Source: Raja brachyura (Eukaryota). Taken from it: a DNA stretch of 64,000 nucleotides. Position 1 is the first letter of the stretch, and the number at the start of each line of letters is the position of its first letter. The position numbers were made by a program, and so were the translations under genes. The stretch is taken from positions 13,206,001 to 13,270,000 of the forward strand of contig OY740820.1 in the NCBI GenBank assembly GCA_963514005.1, read 5' to 3'. This document shows positions 41,025 through 53,439 of the stretch, in pieces. The notes beneath the pieces were generated by a model that was given only the letters and a program-made list of their open reading frames with translations, was not told where the DNA came from and did no database searches.

Positions 41025-41285
41025 CACAGCAGTAGAATTGCTGCCTCTCAGCGCCAGAAACCCGGGTTCGATCCTGACTACGCGTGCTGTCTGTGCAGAG
41101 TTTGCACGTGTTTCCCTGTAGGTTATCTTCGGAATCTCCGGTTTCCTCCCCCATCCCAAAGACATACAGGTTTGAAGGTGAACTGGCTTTTGTAACTTGT
41201 CCCTAGAGTGTAGGATAGTGCGAGTGTACAGGGTGATCGCTTGTCGGCGCAGACCTGGTGGGCCGAAGGGCCTGTTTTCTGCGCG
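41025..41285 (+). mobile_element. V-SINE (HE1-like)
   Basis: Head, V-domain and tail motifs. Confidence 0.78.
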
Positions 41286-41713
41286 AGGGACCATAACGGT
41301 GGACAAGAACTATGAGGGGCCGAGTGGGAGGTTGAAGAGACCCTGGTCTCAGGGTCAAAGGATGCTGCTGACTCTCTGGAATGCCTCATCAGTCAGGTAG
41401 ACAATTTGGATTGTAGGAGAGTCTTCAGGATCTGTAATATTGCAATTTAGGAAAAACACTATTGAAGAAATATTTTTAAAGTTAATTTTGTCATCCTGCA
41501 TTTGCATATCTAGATGTGAAACTGATGAGGCCAACCTTCTGTTTTTAACCGGTTAGACGGCTCAGAACACCGTTTTGTATTTCAGTGTAACATTTTAATA
41601 CCACAACAGTGGTATTTGATAATAAGATGGAGCTGGAATTGTGATGCATGTTCCACAAACGTTTGCCTTCATTGTGCCTGTTCCTTGTTTCCTGGAAATG
41701 TTAAGGAACAGTC

Positions 41714-42020
41714 CAGTGGTGCAGCGGCAGAGTTGCTGCCTTACTGCGCTTACAGCGCCAGAGACCCGGGTTTGATCCGGACTATGGGCGCTGCCCGTAT
41801 GGAGTTTGTACGTTCTCCCCGTGACCGCGTGGGTTTTCTCCGAGATCTTCGGTTTCCTCCCACATTCCAAAGACGTACAATTTGTTAATTGGCTTGGTAT
41901 AAATGTAAAATTGTCCTTAGTGTGAGAGGGATAGTGTTAATGTGCCTGGATTGCTGGTCGGTGCGGACTCGATAGGGCGAAGGACCAGTTTCTAAATTAA
42001 AACTGCATCTCTAAACTATA
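41714..42020 (+). mobile_element. V-SINE (HE1-like)
   Basis: Head, V-domain and tail motifs. Confidence 0.8.
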
Positions 42021-43184
42021 AATTAAACAACTTTTCAATATTTTTTAGTTCTGTCTCCAGACATGATAGCAAGGTCAGATTGGCCAGGCTAGGCAGGATC
42101 ACCGTCTGTTTATTCAGAATGAAGTTGCACTTCCTCGCTCACCGTAGCGGCAAATACGGACCATTTTACAAGTAACAAGTCCAAATGCTATGTTTGTTTT
42201 CTGGAGTCAAGCACGGAGAGCAGGCATAGATGTTCAGTGTTTTTCTTCATGAATAATAATTGGAAATAACAAAAGACTGCTTGTGTTAAATAAGTTGACC
42301 TATGGTTGTAGGTCGGGATGATTTATTTATGAATGCATTGTTGCATGGTTAAGCTGCATTGATTGCACTGACTGAGTGTAATCACAATTGATTCTCTGTT
42401 TACCTTGTGGCGAAAGAAAGCTGTTTATTGATTCACATCCAACCTTGTCTGATGAAGCATCTGCTCAACTGTTTCCAGTGAGACTCAAGAAGCACATTTA
42501 TGCAAGATAGGAACAAGTAGTAGATATTGCACATTGTCAGGAAAGCATTATGAATCAACTCCCATAAAATTAATGCACTTGATGTGTGTGGCACTGAGTA
42601 CGTGTCCCCATGCTTGAATGCTTTAAACAGCATTGAACATATTTAAAATCGCAGCATCTTCCATTATACATATTTTACCCATCAGTGACGCATAAAATAA
42701 AATCCGTTCTAAACTGCAATTAGTTTGGAGATATAAAGAATTGCAGATGCTGAAATCTTGAATAAAGCACAAAGTGTTGGAGTAACTCAGTGTGTCAGGC
42801 AGCATCTGTCGGGGGGGAATGAATAGCAACGTTTGGGTCAAGATACTTCTTCAGACTGATTTATTAGTTTAATATTTTCTTTTGCATGTTCTTTTATTTA
42901 TTTTACTATGTGGTGTCACTTCACATGATACTTGTACAATCACCACTAACATTTTAGCAGTCAGTTAATATCCGATGAGCATTGGGGACACATTTGTCTG
43001 CTGGTGCTGGAATCCTGAGCAAAAAACTAACTGCTGGAGGAAGTCAGTGGGTCAGGCAACATCTGTGGAATGAAATGAAGGAGGGACCCCACCTGAAACA
43101 TTGTCTGTCCGTTTGCTTCCATGGATGTTGGCTGATCCATTGAAGATCCTTCAGCAGTTTTTTTTGCATTGGGAACAAATTGTT

Positions 43185-43770
43185 TAGGTTCAGGGTTATC
43201 ATTTTCACATGTACCGAGGTACAGTGAAAAGCTTTGCTATCCAAACAGATCAGATATACCATACATAAATACATTCAAGTCAAACTCAAATACACTAGAT
43301 AGAACGAAAGGGAAGTGGTGAATATAGTTCTCAGCATTGCAGTACATCAGATCCAGAGATGATGTCCTCAATGGGGTAGAGGTGAATTGAGAGTACTCTA
43401 GCTTATGGAAGGACCGTTCAGAAGCCTGATAACGCGGGAAGAAGCTGCTCCAGAGTCTGGAACAGAGGGAAAGAAGCTGTTCCTGAGCACTTTCAAGCTT
43501 CTGTACCTTCTGCCGTACCGGAGCAGGGAGAAGAGGGGATGGCCAGGGTGAGACAAGTCTTTGTATATGTTTGGCTGCTTTGCCGAGGCAGCGTGAAGTG
43601 TAGAAGGAGTCAATGGTGGGAGGTTGCCTCTCTCGGATGGACTGGGCTGCATCTACAACTCTCTATGATTTCTTGCAGTCTCGGGCAGAACTCTTCCCAA
43701 ACCAAGCTGCAATGCAGCCCCACAGTACACTTTCTATCGTGTATCTGTAGCAGATTGTAAAAGTTACTCG
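43185..43770 (-). mobile_element. Rex1/Babar-type LINE 3' fragment
   Basis: DLSHPGHPLFSLLRYGRRYRSLKVLRNSFFP...VIRLLNGP; tail tttcactgtacctcggtacatgtga. Confidence 0.78.
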
Positions 43771-44689
43771 AGACTCTGGTTACTGTGGGTGAAACCTACT
43801 GGTGCCAAATATGGTCGTGCTTTCACTCCCGAGTTAGAAAGCTATTGGATTCAAGCCCACTGCTGCATGACTCGAGCACATGAGCTTAGTTGTTTAATTG
43901 TAGTACTGAATATTACATTGTAAAAAGTGCCATTTGTCAAATAAGACTTTCAAATTATCCAATGTGTACTTGTTCTGTTAATTCACATTGATGTAATAAT
44001 CATATGCTACTACTTCAGTGGGAATTGTGAGTTCTCACTTTTATTCTGTTCAAATTCCTCTTTCAATGAGCGTAACAATATCCAGTGCTTGTAGACTGGC
44101 CGTTCTTCACATTGCTGTTTATTCATTCATTCAGCTGTAATTTACACATTAAATTAAATGCAGCGGAATATTCCTGGCTCTCCGATATTTAATTTTTTTA
44201 AAGTATGTATCCTATTCTATTTGGGATAATAACTGAACTAACTTAAAATAACAAATTAAATTATCTGGGTCCATCCACCCTTTCAATCTGCATTCTAGTC
44301 ATAAAACCACAGACCACAAGACATAGGGGTTGAATTAATCCACTCAGTCCATTGGATCTGGTCCACCATTCGATCATGGCTGATATATTTTGTATATTTT
44401 TATATGATATTTTATAAATGTTATATATATCATTTTATATAATATTATATAAATATTCTTCCCTCTTAACCCCATTCCCCTGCCTTCTCCCCGTAAACTT
44501 TGAAGTATCATGTATGCAATTTTTCAGTTACTTGAGGCAGGGAAGAGGTGTGCGAGACATATTGTGTTTCTGGTGTATAGACCAATGTTTATAAGAGTTT
44601 GAGGCAGGAGTGAACGGCTGAGAATGACGTGCCAGTGAATTACATGTGACTGCTATGTTTAGAAAACTCAATGCAGTCACTCACCAACC

Positions 44690-45135
44690 TTGTCCGTCCT
44701 AAATTACTTCACATCCAATAAAGATATTCTTGAAGCAAAGTTGGAAATAATTGGCAGCCAATTTACACACTTCAAATTTCAGCAACACGATAATGACCAG
44801 TTAAATCATCTGTTAACTTTTCCAGATCGGAAACCTCCTCCCCTTTGCATGTCCTCCAAAAGGAAATGCTGCCTGACCTGCTGAGTTACTCCAGGAATTT
44901 GTGTTTTTTCTTTGCAAACTAGCTTCTGCTGTTCCTTGTGTTTAAATTATCTTTAAAGGCGACATTGAATAAGGGATGAATATTTACCTGAACATTGGGG
45001 ATAACTGTCCTGCTGTCTCCAAAACATAGCCATGGCATTTTATATATGTCAGTTAAAATAACAGCTTGGAGTTGAAGATCTCATTTGAAAGGCTCTCCAG
45101 CATTCCCTCAGTTGTGCCTGGGTGTCAGACCCCAG
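44690..45135 (-). mobile_element. Old Deu-type SINE remnant, split by a Penelope module
   Basis: tctcatttgaaagg...cagcattccctcagt...gtgtcag resembles the reverse complement of the Deu domain; highly diverged. Confidence 0.5.
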
Positions 45136-45260
45136 TCAAATCTTTGTGTCGTTTCTGCAGGTCAATGCCACGAGATCTATTATGTGATAGTTTGATAGGA
45201 TCTACTTTACCCGACCCCAAGGTACAATGCTGAAACCTGCTTTCTCTTGTCTAATTTCAG

Positions 45261-45430
45261 TGGATATTGATGTGGAAGACTATTACCCAGCTTTCCTTGA
45301 TATGGTGCGGAACCTTCTAGATGGCAACATGGATTCCTCCCAGTATGAGGACACCCTTCGGGAAATGTTTACCATTCACGCTTTCATCGCCTTTACAATG
45401 GACAAACTCATCCAGAGTATAGTCAGGCAG
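45261..45430 (+). CDS. SIN3A: SIN3A coding exon 15
   Basis: [56 protein letters not shown]; 170 nt. Confidence 0.96.
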
Positions 45431-45774
45431 GTAAGCTGTCACCGGTTGGAACACTTCTGTCCCTGCCGAAGCCTTGATCTGAATGTTATCTGAGTGGATA
45501 TTTCTGCCCTCTCTGCTCATTGTTGGGGACTGCATTGGAAAGTCAGCAACTGTTGTACGAAGCAACTTTTGGACACAAAGTAATCTGGTGAAGCACAACC
45601 ATTGGGGCACCATAACTCAACGGAGCTGGTCGGGTAGAAAGGCAAATTGGAAATTGTGAGGGGCAGGGATGGTGTGTGTGAAGGAAATTGGTGGAATAGG
45701 GTGAGGAGCCTAACGTCCAGAATTGTCCCACCACTGCACTATTTGTCGCTTTACCCCCCCCCCCCCCCCCCGAC

Positions 45775-46345
45775 TCCATCCAAGGACCCAAGCAGTCTTT
45801 CCAGGTGCGGCAGAGGTTCACCTGCACCTCCTCCAACCTCATCTATTGCATCCGCTGCTCTAGGAGTCAACTGCTCTATATCGGTGAGACCAAGCACGGG
45901 CTTCACCCAACACCTCCGCACAGTTCGCATTAACTAACCCGATCTCCTGGTGGCTCAGCACTTAAACTCCCCCTCCCATTCCGTATCTGACCTTTCTGTC
46001 CTGGGCCTCCCCCATGGCCAGAGTGAGTCCCACTGCAAATTGGAGGAGCAGCACTTCATATTTCGCTTGGGTAGTTTACACCCCAGCGACATGAACTTTG
46101 ACCTCCAATTTCAGGTAGTCCTTGCTTTCTCCCTCCTTCCCCTCCCCTTCCCAGCTCTCCCACAGCCCACTGTCTCCGCCTCTTCCTATCTTCTTCCCCC
46201 CCCACCCCACATCAGTCTGAAGAAGGGTCTCAACCCGAAAAACATCACCTATTCCTTCGTTCCATAGATACTGCCGCACCCGCTGAGTTTCTCCAGCATT
46301 TTTGTCTACCTTCCAATTTCCAGTATCTGCAGTTCTTTCTTAAGC
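45775..46345 (+). mobile_element. Penelope-like retroelement 3' end: GIY-YIG endonuclease remnant plus terminal repeat
   Basis: Hand translation QGPKQSFQVRQRFTCTSSNLIYCIRCSRSQLLYIGETK...VAQHLNSPSHS...KLEEQHFIFRLGSLHPSDMN, then pyrimidine tract and the ctgaagaagggtctc... module. Confidence 0.88.
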
Positions 46346-46451
46346 ATTAGTGAAGGTCTTGCTCAACCATGAGGTGTGTCTGTCACACGTTCACCAGGTT
46401 TTGTTTCTGCTTCTTTTCTGGTTCCTTATCCAGATCATATTGTGGCACAGG

Positions 46452-46636
46452 TAGACAAAAGTGCTGGAGAAACTCAGCGGGTGCAGCAGCATCTATGGAG
46501 CGAAGGAAATAGGCAACGTTTCGAGCCGAAACGTTGCCTATTTCCTTCGCTCCATAGATGCTGCTGCGCCCGCTGAGTTTTCCCGCACTTTTATCTACCT
46601 CCGATTTTCCAGCATCTGCAGTTCCTTCTTAAACAC
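46452..46636. repeat. Palindromic Penelope module with 13 bp TSD
   Basis: ATTGTGGCACAGG at 46439-46451 and 46637-46649; near-perfect inverted arms. Confidence 0.85.
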
Positions 46637-46749
46637 ATTGTGGCACAGGCCATGATTGCTTATCCTGCCCTTAAATTTCTAATGTAATTTTGAAATCTAA
46701 AAACATATTTGAAACCTATTCTCACCTTTTTGTGATTTGCTCTTTTCAG

Positions 46750-46923
46750 CTGCAGCATATTGTGAGCGATGAAATCTGTATACAGGTGACCGATCTCTAC
46801 CTATCAGAGAGTGGAAACTGTGCCACCGGAGGCCCCTTGGCCACCACCTCCTCCCGAGCTGCTATCGAAAGCAACTACCAGCGCAAGTCTGAACAGCTCA
46901 TGTCAGATGAGAACTGCTTCAAG
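46750..46923 (+). CDS. SIN3A: SIN3A coding exon 16
   Basis: [17 protein letters not shown]...[10 protein letters not shown]; 174 nt. Confidence 0.96.
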
Positions 46924-47625
46924 GTAAGTGTGTTCAAATATTCCTCCCTCATTGTTAGCAGCTCTTTCTAAATGACCTCTCGGAAGTTGTGGCAGGGAAT
47001 GAAGAAAGTGGCACCTGAATGGATTTATGATTAGCAATTTGGGAATCTCCCCTCTTCCTTAATTCTGTTCTGTGCAGTCCATTTATTTCTGCCCTAAGGT
47101 TTGAGCCACAATGTATAAGAAGGAACTGCAAATGCTGGTTTATACCAAAGATAGACACAAAAAGCTGGAGTAACTCCGGGGGTCAGACAGCCTCTCTGGA
47201 GAAAAGGAACAGGTTAGGTTTCAGGTCAAGATCCCCCTTCAAATTGAGGGAAAAGTAACGTTTCGGGTCGAGACATCACCTAGTCTTTTTCTCCAGAGAT
47301 GCTGTTTGACCTGCTGAGTTACTCCAGTTTTTTGTGTCTATCTTTGAGCCAAAAAGTATTAACTTTTCCAGTTTTATTTTTAATACTTTTGATGAGGACG
47401 TAGAGGGGAAAGTATCCAATTCACGTTTGTTTATGGATGGGACAAGGGAGGTGGGCTTTTGTATGCTAGTAAAGGTTTTATTATCCTGTTGAAAAAAAGA
47501 CATTTGCTGGATGTGTTGTCAGATCAAATATATTAGTCGCATATATATTATACTTATATAAGTATGCAGGAATTATGTATACTAAAACCACTCAACTCTG
47601 TAATGTTCCTATCCTTTGCTTCCAG

Positions 47626-47718
47626 CTTACATTCATACACAGCAGAGAACAAGTGACGTTGACTATTGATCTGCTGGACACTGAAGAGGAAAACTCAGAT
47701 GGTCCCGTGGAAGCAGAG
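47626..47718 (+). CDS. SIN3A: SIN3A coding exon 17
   Basis: [31 protein letters not shown]; tccag| and GAG|gtaag; 93 nt. Confidence 0.93.
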
Positions 47719-47787
47719 GTAAGCGCAACATGTTGAAGTTAAGATTAAATCGGACAAGGGTGCATAATTGTCTTATGTACCAACAAT

Positions 47788-48055
47788 GGACGGTGGCGTA
47801 GCAGTAGAGTTGCTGCCTCACAGTGCCTGAGACCAGGGTTTGATCCTGACCGCAGGTGCTGTCTGTACAGAGTTTGTACGTTCTCCCCTGTGACCACGTG
47901 GGTTTTCTACGGGTGTTCCAGTTTCCTCCCACACTCCAAAGACGCGCAGGTTCGTAGTTAAATTGCCCCTTGTGCGTAGGGTAGGACGACTGTGCGGGAT
48001 GATCATTGGTCTGCGCAGACACTGTGAGCTGAAAGGCCTGTTTCCACACTGTAGT
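47788..48055 (+). mobile_element. V-SINE (HE1-like)
   Basis: Head, V-domain and tail motifs. Confidence 0.8.
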
Positions 48056-48857
48056 GTTTGAGGATGGGCTGTTTATAGAGTGTAGGAAGGAACTGCAGAT
48101 GCTGCTTTATACCGAAGATAGACACAAAATGCTGGAGTAACTCAGCGGGTCAGGCAGCATCTCTGGAGAGAAGGAATAGATGATGTTTTGGGTTGGAGCC
48201 CTTCTTTGGACTTCATGTTCATGGTCTCTTGTTGCTAATTAATGGGCGGTGAGATGGTGATACTTCACTTTGCTCCGTTACTTGTCGGGCACCGCAGCTC
48301 TGCCAATGGCTTCAGCGTTCCTCTTTAGTTCACATGTGGAGACTTCACTCAGCATCTCATTCCAAGATGTGCTTTCCCGGCATGGTCTTCACACTCTCCT
48401 TATTGAATCAAGGTTGGTCTTCTAGCTTGATGACAAACTGAGGTGAGGAATACTTTGGGCTGTGAAGCCACAGATTGAAGAGGTTAGCAATTATCATACT
48501 GGTAGCTCATAGAATCCCATTGATGCCGATGTTTAAGGTTGCTGCTCATGGAGTCATACAGCATGGAAACAGGCCCATTCAGCCCAGCTTGCCCATACTG
48601 GCCCTTAAGCCTAATTTGCCCACGCCAACCAACATGTCCCAGCTACACTAGTCCCACCTACCCGCATTTCGTCCATATTCCTCCAAACCTGTCCCAATCC
48701 ATGTAACTGTTTCTTAAATGTTGGGATTGTCCCGGCCTCAACTACCTCCTCTTTCCTTTCCTTTCCTTTACCGTAACAGCCATTTCCAGGTTTGTGGGTC
48801 ATCACATAAGCCCGACTGAGTAGGGTATCAGAATCCAAGGCAAATTTTATAATGCAA

Positions 48858-49228
48858 AACATAGAAACATGAAAAATAGGTGCAGGAGGAGGCCATTCGG
48901 CCCTTCGAGCCAGCACCGCCATTCATTGTAATCATGGCTGATCGTCCCTAATCAATAACCCGTGGCTGCCTTCTCCCCATATCCCTTGATTCCACTAGCC
49001 CATAGAGCTCTATCTAACTCTCTCTTAAATCCATCCAGTGACTTGGCCTCCACTGCCCTCTGTGGCAGGGAATTCCACAAATTCACAACGCTCTGGGTGA
49101 AAAAGTTTTTTCTCACCTCAGTCTTAAATAGCTTCCCATTTATTCTAAGACTGTGGCCCCTGGTTTTGGACTCGCCCCAACATTGGGAACATTTTTCCTG
49201 CATCTAGCTTGTCCAGTCCTTTTATAAG
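48858..49228 (-). mobile_element. CR1 LINE 3' fragment
   Basis: TRGHSLRINGKLFKTEVRKNFFTQSVVNLWNSLPQ. Confidence 0.85.
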
Positions 49229-49699
49229 GACTCACAGCTTCTGTTTTAAAGTACTGTACCATTTATGGCGTCCAATCCTGATCGAAGAAGACATTGTGTA
49301 TGAGTCTAGGCTCACTTACATTCTAGCCTTGTTTGGGTTGATGTATACAGCCGCTCTTTGAAGCTTCCTTTACAAAAGGCTAATTAGACCTTGATTTTTC
49401 AAACCCTTGTGTGTTGAGTGTTTTGTATGATGTTACTATCATTCAGAAATGAGTCTGGATGCCTCCCAACTCCTCACAGCTGTATACACTGGCTTTTGGC
49501 AGCGATGTGGGAGTGCAGTGCCTAAATGCTCCTTTGGCAATAGAGGCCTGAGCCCATGGAGACTGGAGATAACTTGCATGTCTTTGATGTGGTTGGCGGA
49601 AAAAACAGATAAAATATTTCTCTGTTTAGAGCCAAGATCAGCCTCTTGGTATGAATCAGCTACTGGCCATTGACTGAAGTTATGTCAAATTCACTGTTT

Positions 49700-50805
49700 T
49701 CATAAGCTAGAGGTGCAGAATTAGGCCATTCGGTCCATCAAGTCTACTCCGCCATTCAAACATGGCCGATCTATCTTTTCTTCTCAACCATATTCTCCTG
49801 CCTCTCCCTATAACTCCTGACACCCGTACTAACCAAGAATCTGTCAATCTCCATCTTAAAACTATCCATTGATTTGGCCTCCACAGCCGTCTGTGGCAAT
49901 GAATTCCACAGGTTCGCCACCGTCTAGCTAAAGAAATTCCTCCTCATCTCCTTTCTAAGGAACGTCCTTTTATTTTGAGGTCATGGTTTCTGAGCCCTAG
50001 AGTCTCCCACTGGTGGAAACATCCTCTCCACATCCACTCCATCCAGGCCTTTCACTCTTCAGTAAGTTTCAATGAGGTCCCCTTCTAAACTGCAGCGAGT
50101 ACAGGCCCATTGCAGTTAAGCGCTCATCATATGTTAATCCAATCATTCCTGGGATCATTCTTATCTTATTGGGATTAAAGATTATACCCATTTGAACAAT
50201 ATAATTCAACGTAACTGGTTGGGCTGTACAGCTACCTCTTGCATTCATAGAAACATAGAAAAATAGGTGCAGGAGTAGGCCATTCGGCCCTTCGAGCCTG
50301 CACCGCCATTCAATGTGATCATGGCTGATCATCCAACTCAGTATCCCGTACCTGCCTTCTCTCCATACCCCCTGATCTCTTTAGCCACAAGTGCCACATC
50401 TAACGCCCTCTTAAATACAGCCAATGAACTGGCCTCAGTTCTCAACTACCTTCTGTGGCAGAGAATTCCAGAGACTCACCACTCTTTGTGTAAAGAATGT
50501 TTTCCTCATCTCGGTCCTAAAGGAATTCCCCCTTATCCTTAGACTGTGACCCCTTGTTCTGGACTCCCCCAACATCGGGAACAATCTTCCAGCATCTAGC
50601 TTGTCCAACCCCTTAAGAATTTTGTAAGTTTCTATAAGATCCCCCCTCAATCTTCTAAATTCCAGCGAGTACAAGCCGAGTCTATCCAATCTTTCCTCAT
50701 ATGAAAGTCCTGACATCCCAGGAAATAGTCTGGTGAATCTTCTCTGTACCCCCTCTATGGCAAGGATGTCTTTCCTCAGATTTGGAGACCAAAACTGTAC
50801 GCAAT
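49700..50805 (-). mobile_element. Two adjacent CR1 LINE 3' fragments (about 49700-50165 and 50245-50805)
   Basis: GLSYEERLDRLGLYSLEFRRLRGDLIETYKILKG; two distinct tails. Confidence 0.85.
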
Positions 50806-50879
50806 TCGTGAATCAGATTTGTTGTTATTATCTAGGTTTTCGTATTTTGATGAAGCTTGGATGCGTTAAAATTCAGATG

Positions 50880-51535
50880 CATCCTGATTTAAGCGTGCCA
50901 TATTGCGGGTGTCAGGTATTGGTGGTGTCATCTTTTGGATGAAACACCAATCTGAGACCCCGTTTACCCTCTAAGGTCGAGGTAAAGAATCTCCAGCATC
51001 ATTTTGAAGAAGACTAGGGTGATGTCGCCCATGTTCTGACCAAACTGTAGCCCTCAACCAGCATGGTTTTAAAACAAAGCTACAGGTTACTTTCACACTA
51101 CTGTTAGTTGGGCCACGCTGTGTGCATATTGCCTGCCAGTCTTAGTTTTGTTTACGTTAGTTTAGAGATACAGCATGGAAACAGGCCCATCGTCCCACCG
51201 AGACCGCGCTGACCAGCAATCCCCGCACATTAACACTATCCTACACACAATTTACAATTTTACTGAGGCCAATTAACCTGCAAACCTGTATGTCTTTGGA
51301 GTGTGGGAGGAAACTGAAGATCTCGGAGAAAACCCACACGGTTATGGGGAGAACGTACAAACTCTGTACAGACGGCACCTGTAGTCAGGATGGAACCCGG
51401 GTCTCTGGCGCTGTGAGGCAGCAACTCTACCGCTGCGACACCATTATTATTACATTACATTTCACAAGTACTGGCTGTAAAATAATTTGGGGCATTTGGA
51501 GATCATGAATGGCGCGATATAAAGGCAAACCACTT
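50880..51535 (+). mobile_element. Old Deu-type SINE split by a - strand V-SINE (about 51145-51443)
   Basis: gtgtcatcttttggatgaaac...ttttgaagaaga...; tail ggcgcgatataaaggcaa; V-SINE motifs inside. Confidence 0.55.
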
Positions 51536-51816
51536 TTAACATAAATCAAACAAAATGAATATTTAAACAAGTCTCTCCCTGTTGTGCCTCTGTCTCCGGG
51601 TGAATCAGCAGAGAAGGGCAAAATCATCACATGGTGACATTTTGCATGAAGGTACAGCAACTTTCAAAGGATTTTTTTCCCCCATGCCCATCCTCATTGG
51701 AAGGAATTTACAAGTATATGTGGATGATAAACTTCAACTAAAGTAGAAAACATTTATGAGCAATATATCCACCTGTCTTGGCTGATGATTTTTGAATAAC
51801 ACTTATCTGTTTGCAG

Positions 51817-51911
51817 CGCTGGTCAGACTTTATGGATCGTTATATGAATTCAGATTCTACCTCTCCTGAACTACGGGAACATCTAGCACAGAAACCTGTG
51901 TTCCTGCCAAG
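51817..51911 (+). CDS. SIN3A: SIN3A coding exon 18
   Basis: [31 protein letters not shown]; tgcag| and AG|gtaag; 95 nt. Confidence 0.95.
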
Positions 51912-52270
51912 GTAAGGGTGCCCTGTTCACTTCCTAGATCAAGTCCTACATAACCACAAGCAGATAATCAAGTAATTATCATTTTGGTGTTGTGGAAGTT
52001 CATACGTTGTTGGAGCAGATTTAGGCCATTCGGCCCATCAAGTCTACTCCGCCATTCAATCACGGCTGATCGATCTTTCCCTCTCAATCCCATTCTCCCG
52101 CCTTCTCCCCCCATCCCATCACACCCGTACTAATTTAGAATCTGTCAATATCCGCCATAGAAATATCCATTGACTTGGCCTCCGCAGCCGTCATTTTGTT
52201 CTGTGTAAATTGAGTCCTGCATTATATCAGTGACTAAATTTAAATCAGCTTCTGGCTATAAAATGGAATG

Positions 52271-52492
52271 TTTAAGAAGGAACTGCAGATGCTGGAAAAT
52301 GGAAGGTAGACAAAAGTGCTGGAGAAACTCAGTGGGAGAGGCAGCATCGATGGAGCGAAGGAAATAGGCAACGTTTCGGGCCGAAACCCTTCTTCAGACT
52401 GGAGAAGGGTTTCGGCCCAAAATGTTGCCTATTTCCTTCGCTGCATAGATGCTGCTGCACCCACTGAGTTCCTCCAGCACTTTTGTCTACCT
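52271..52492. repeat. Palindromic Penelope module with exact 14 bp TSD
   Basis: TATAAAATGGAATG at 52257-52270 and 52493-52506. Confidence 0.87.
52370..52397 (-). ncRNA. Candidate minimal hammerhead ribozyme core
   Basis: Minus strand reads CTGAAGA-A-GGGT-TTCG-GCCC-GAAA-C-GTT, i.e. CUGANGA, stem II with UUCG loop, GAAA, palindromic ACGT and UH. Activity not shown. Confidence 0.6.
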
Positions 52493-52583
52493 TATAAAAT
52501 GGAATGACCTGAAGTTGTGGCAAGCACCATATAAATGCAAATCATTCTTATTGGTTAATAGTACACCATTATAAAGGACTTAA

Positions 52584-52725
52584 GGGCCTGTCCCACTTTT
52601 TTTTGGCGCCATGGCGCTGGATGACGCCTGTTTGGTGGTGAGTAGTTGCCCGAAGAGTCGTACCTTTTTCTGGTCGCCGCTGGATTTTCAACATGTTGAA
52701 AATTTTCGGCGACCTGCTGCGACTT
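52584..52725. mobile_element. Truncated Harbinger-like MITE
   Basis: TAA|GGGCCTGTCCCACT end and ATTTTCAACATGTTGAAAAT palindrome shared with the 36245 MITE. Confidence 0.6.
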
Positions 52726-53439
52726 CCTGCACAAGGAACTGCAGATTTGGTTTACAAAAAAAAAGGACAAAGTGTTGGAGGAACTCGGCGATTCAGGCAA
52801 CATTTCTGGAGAATCCAGAGAGGTGGTGTTTTGAGTTGGGATCCTTCCTCGGACTGATTGTGGTGGGGGAGGGGAAGAAAGCTGCAGGAGAGGGGGGAGC
52901 AGGAAAAAGCCTGGTGAGTGATAGGTGGATACAGGTGGGGAGTGGTTTGATAGGCAGATGGTTGGTCAAGGTCCTCAGTGTGAAGGTGAAGGGTAGAATC
53001 TGGGGAGAATTGATGAGATTCTGGAGAAAATATAAAAATATAGGATTAATGTAAAATGAATGGTGGCTGACGGTATCTCGGTCAAGGTGCTGTTTCCATG
53101 CTGCACGTATCTATGCCTGGTCATAGTCATACAGTGTGGAAACAGGCCTTCAGCCCAACTTGCCCACACCAACCAACATCTTCCATCTACACTAGTCCAA
53201 CTTGCCTGCGTTTGGCCCATATCCCTCTAAACCTTTCCTGTCGAGGTACCTGTCTAATTGCTTCTTAAACGTTGCAATAGTCCCTGCCTCAACTACCTCC
53301 TCCAGCAACTACCACACAAATTCCATGATTAGCTTTTCTTCAATATCTCAGTTATGTACTTCACATGTAGAACACTGTGCACACATCATCTCCCCTCCAA
53401 ATGGTGAAATTACTCATCTTTCAAGGTTAATCTTTCAAT

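Noticed and set aside
44385-44455. AT-rich low-complexity tract (also 63655-63680) and G/C homopolymers (25303, 45753, 61067)
   Set aside because: Simple-sequence expansions within repeats; homopolymer lengths may also be sequencing-error prone.
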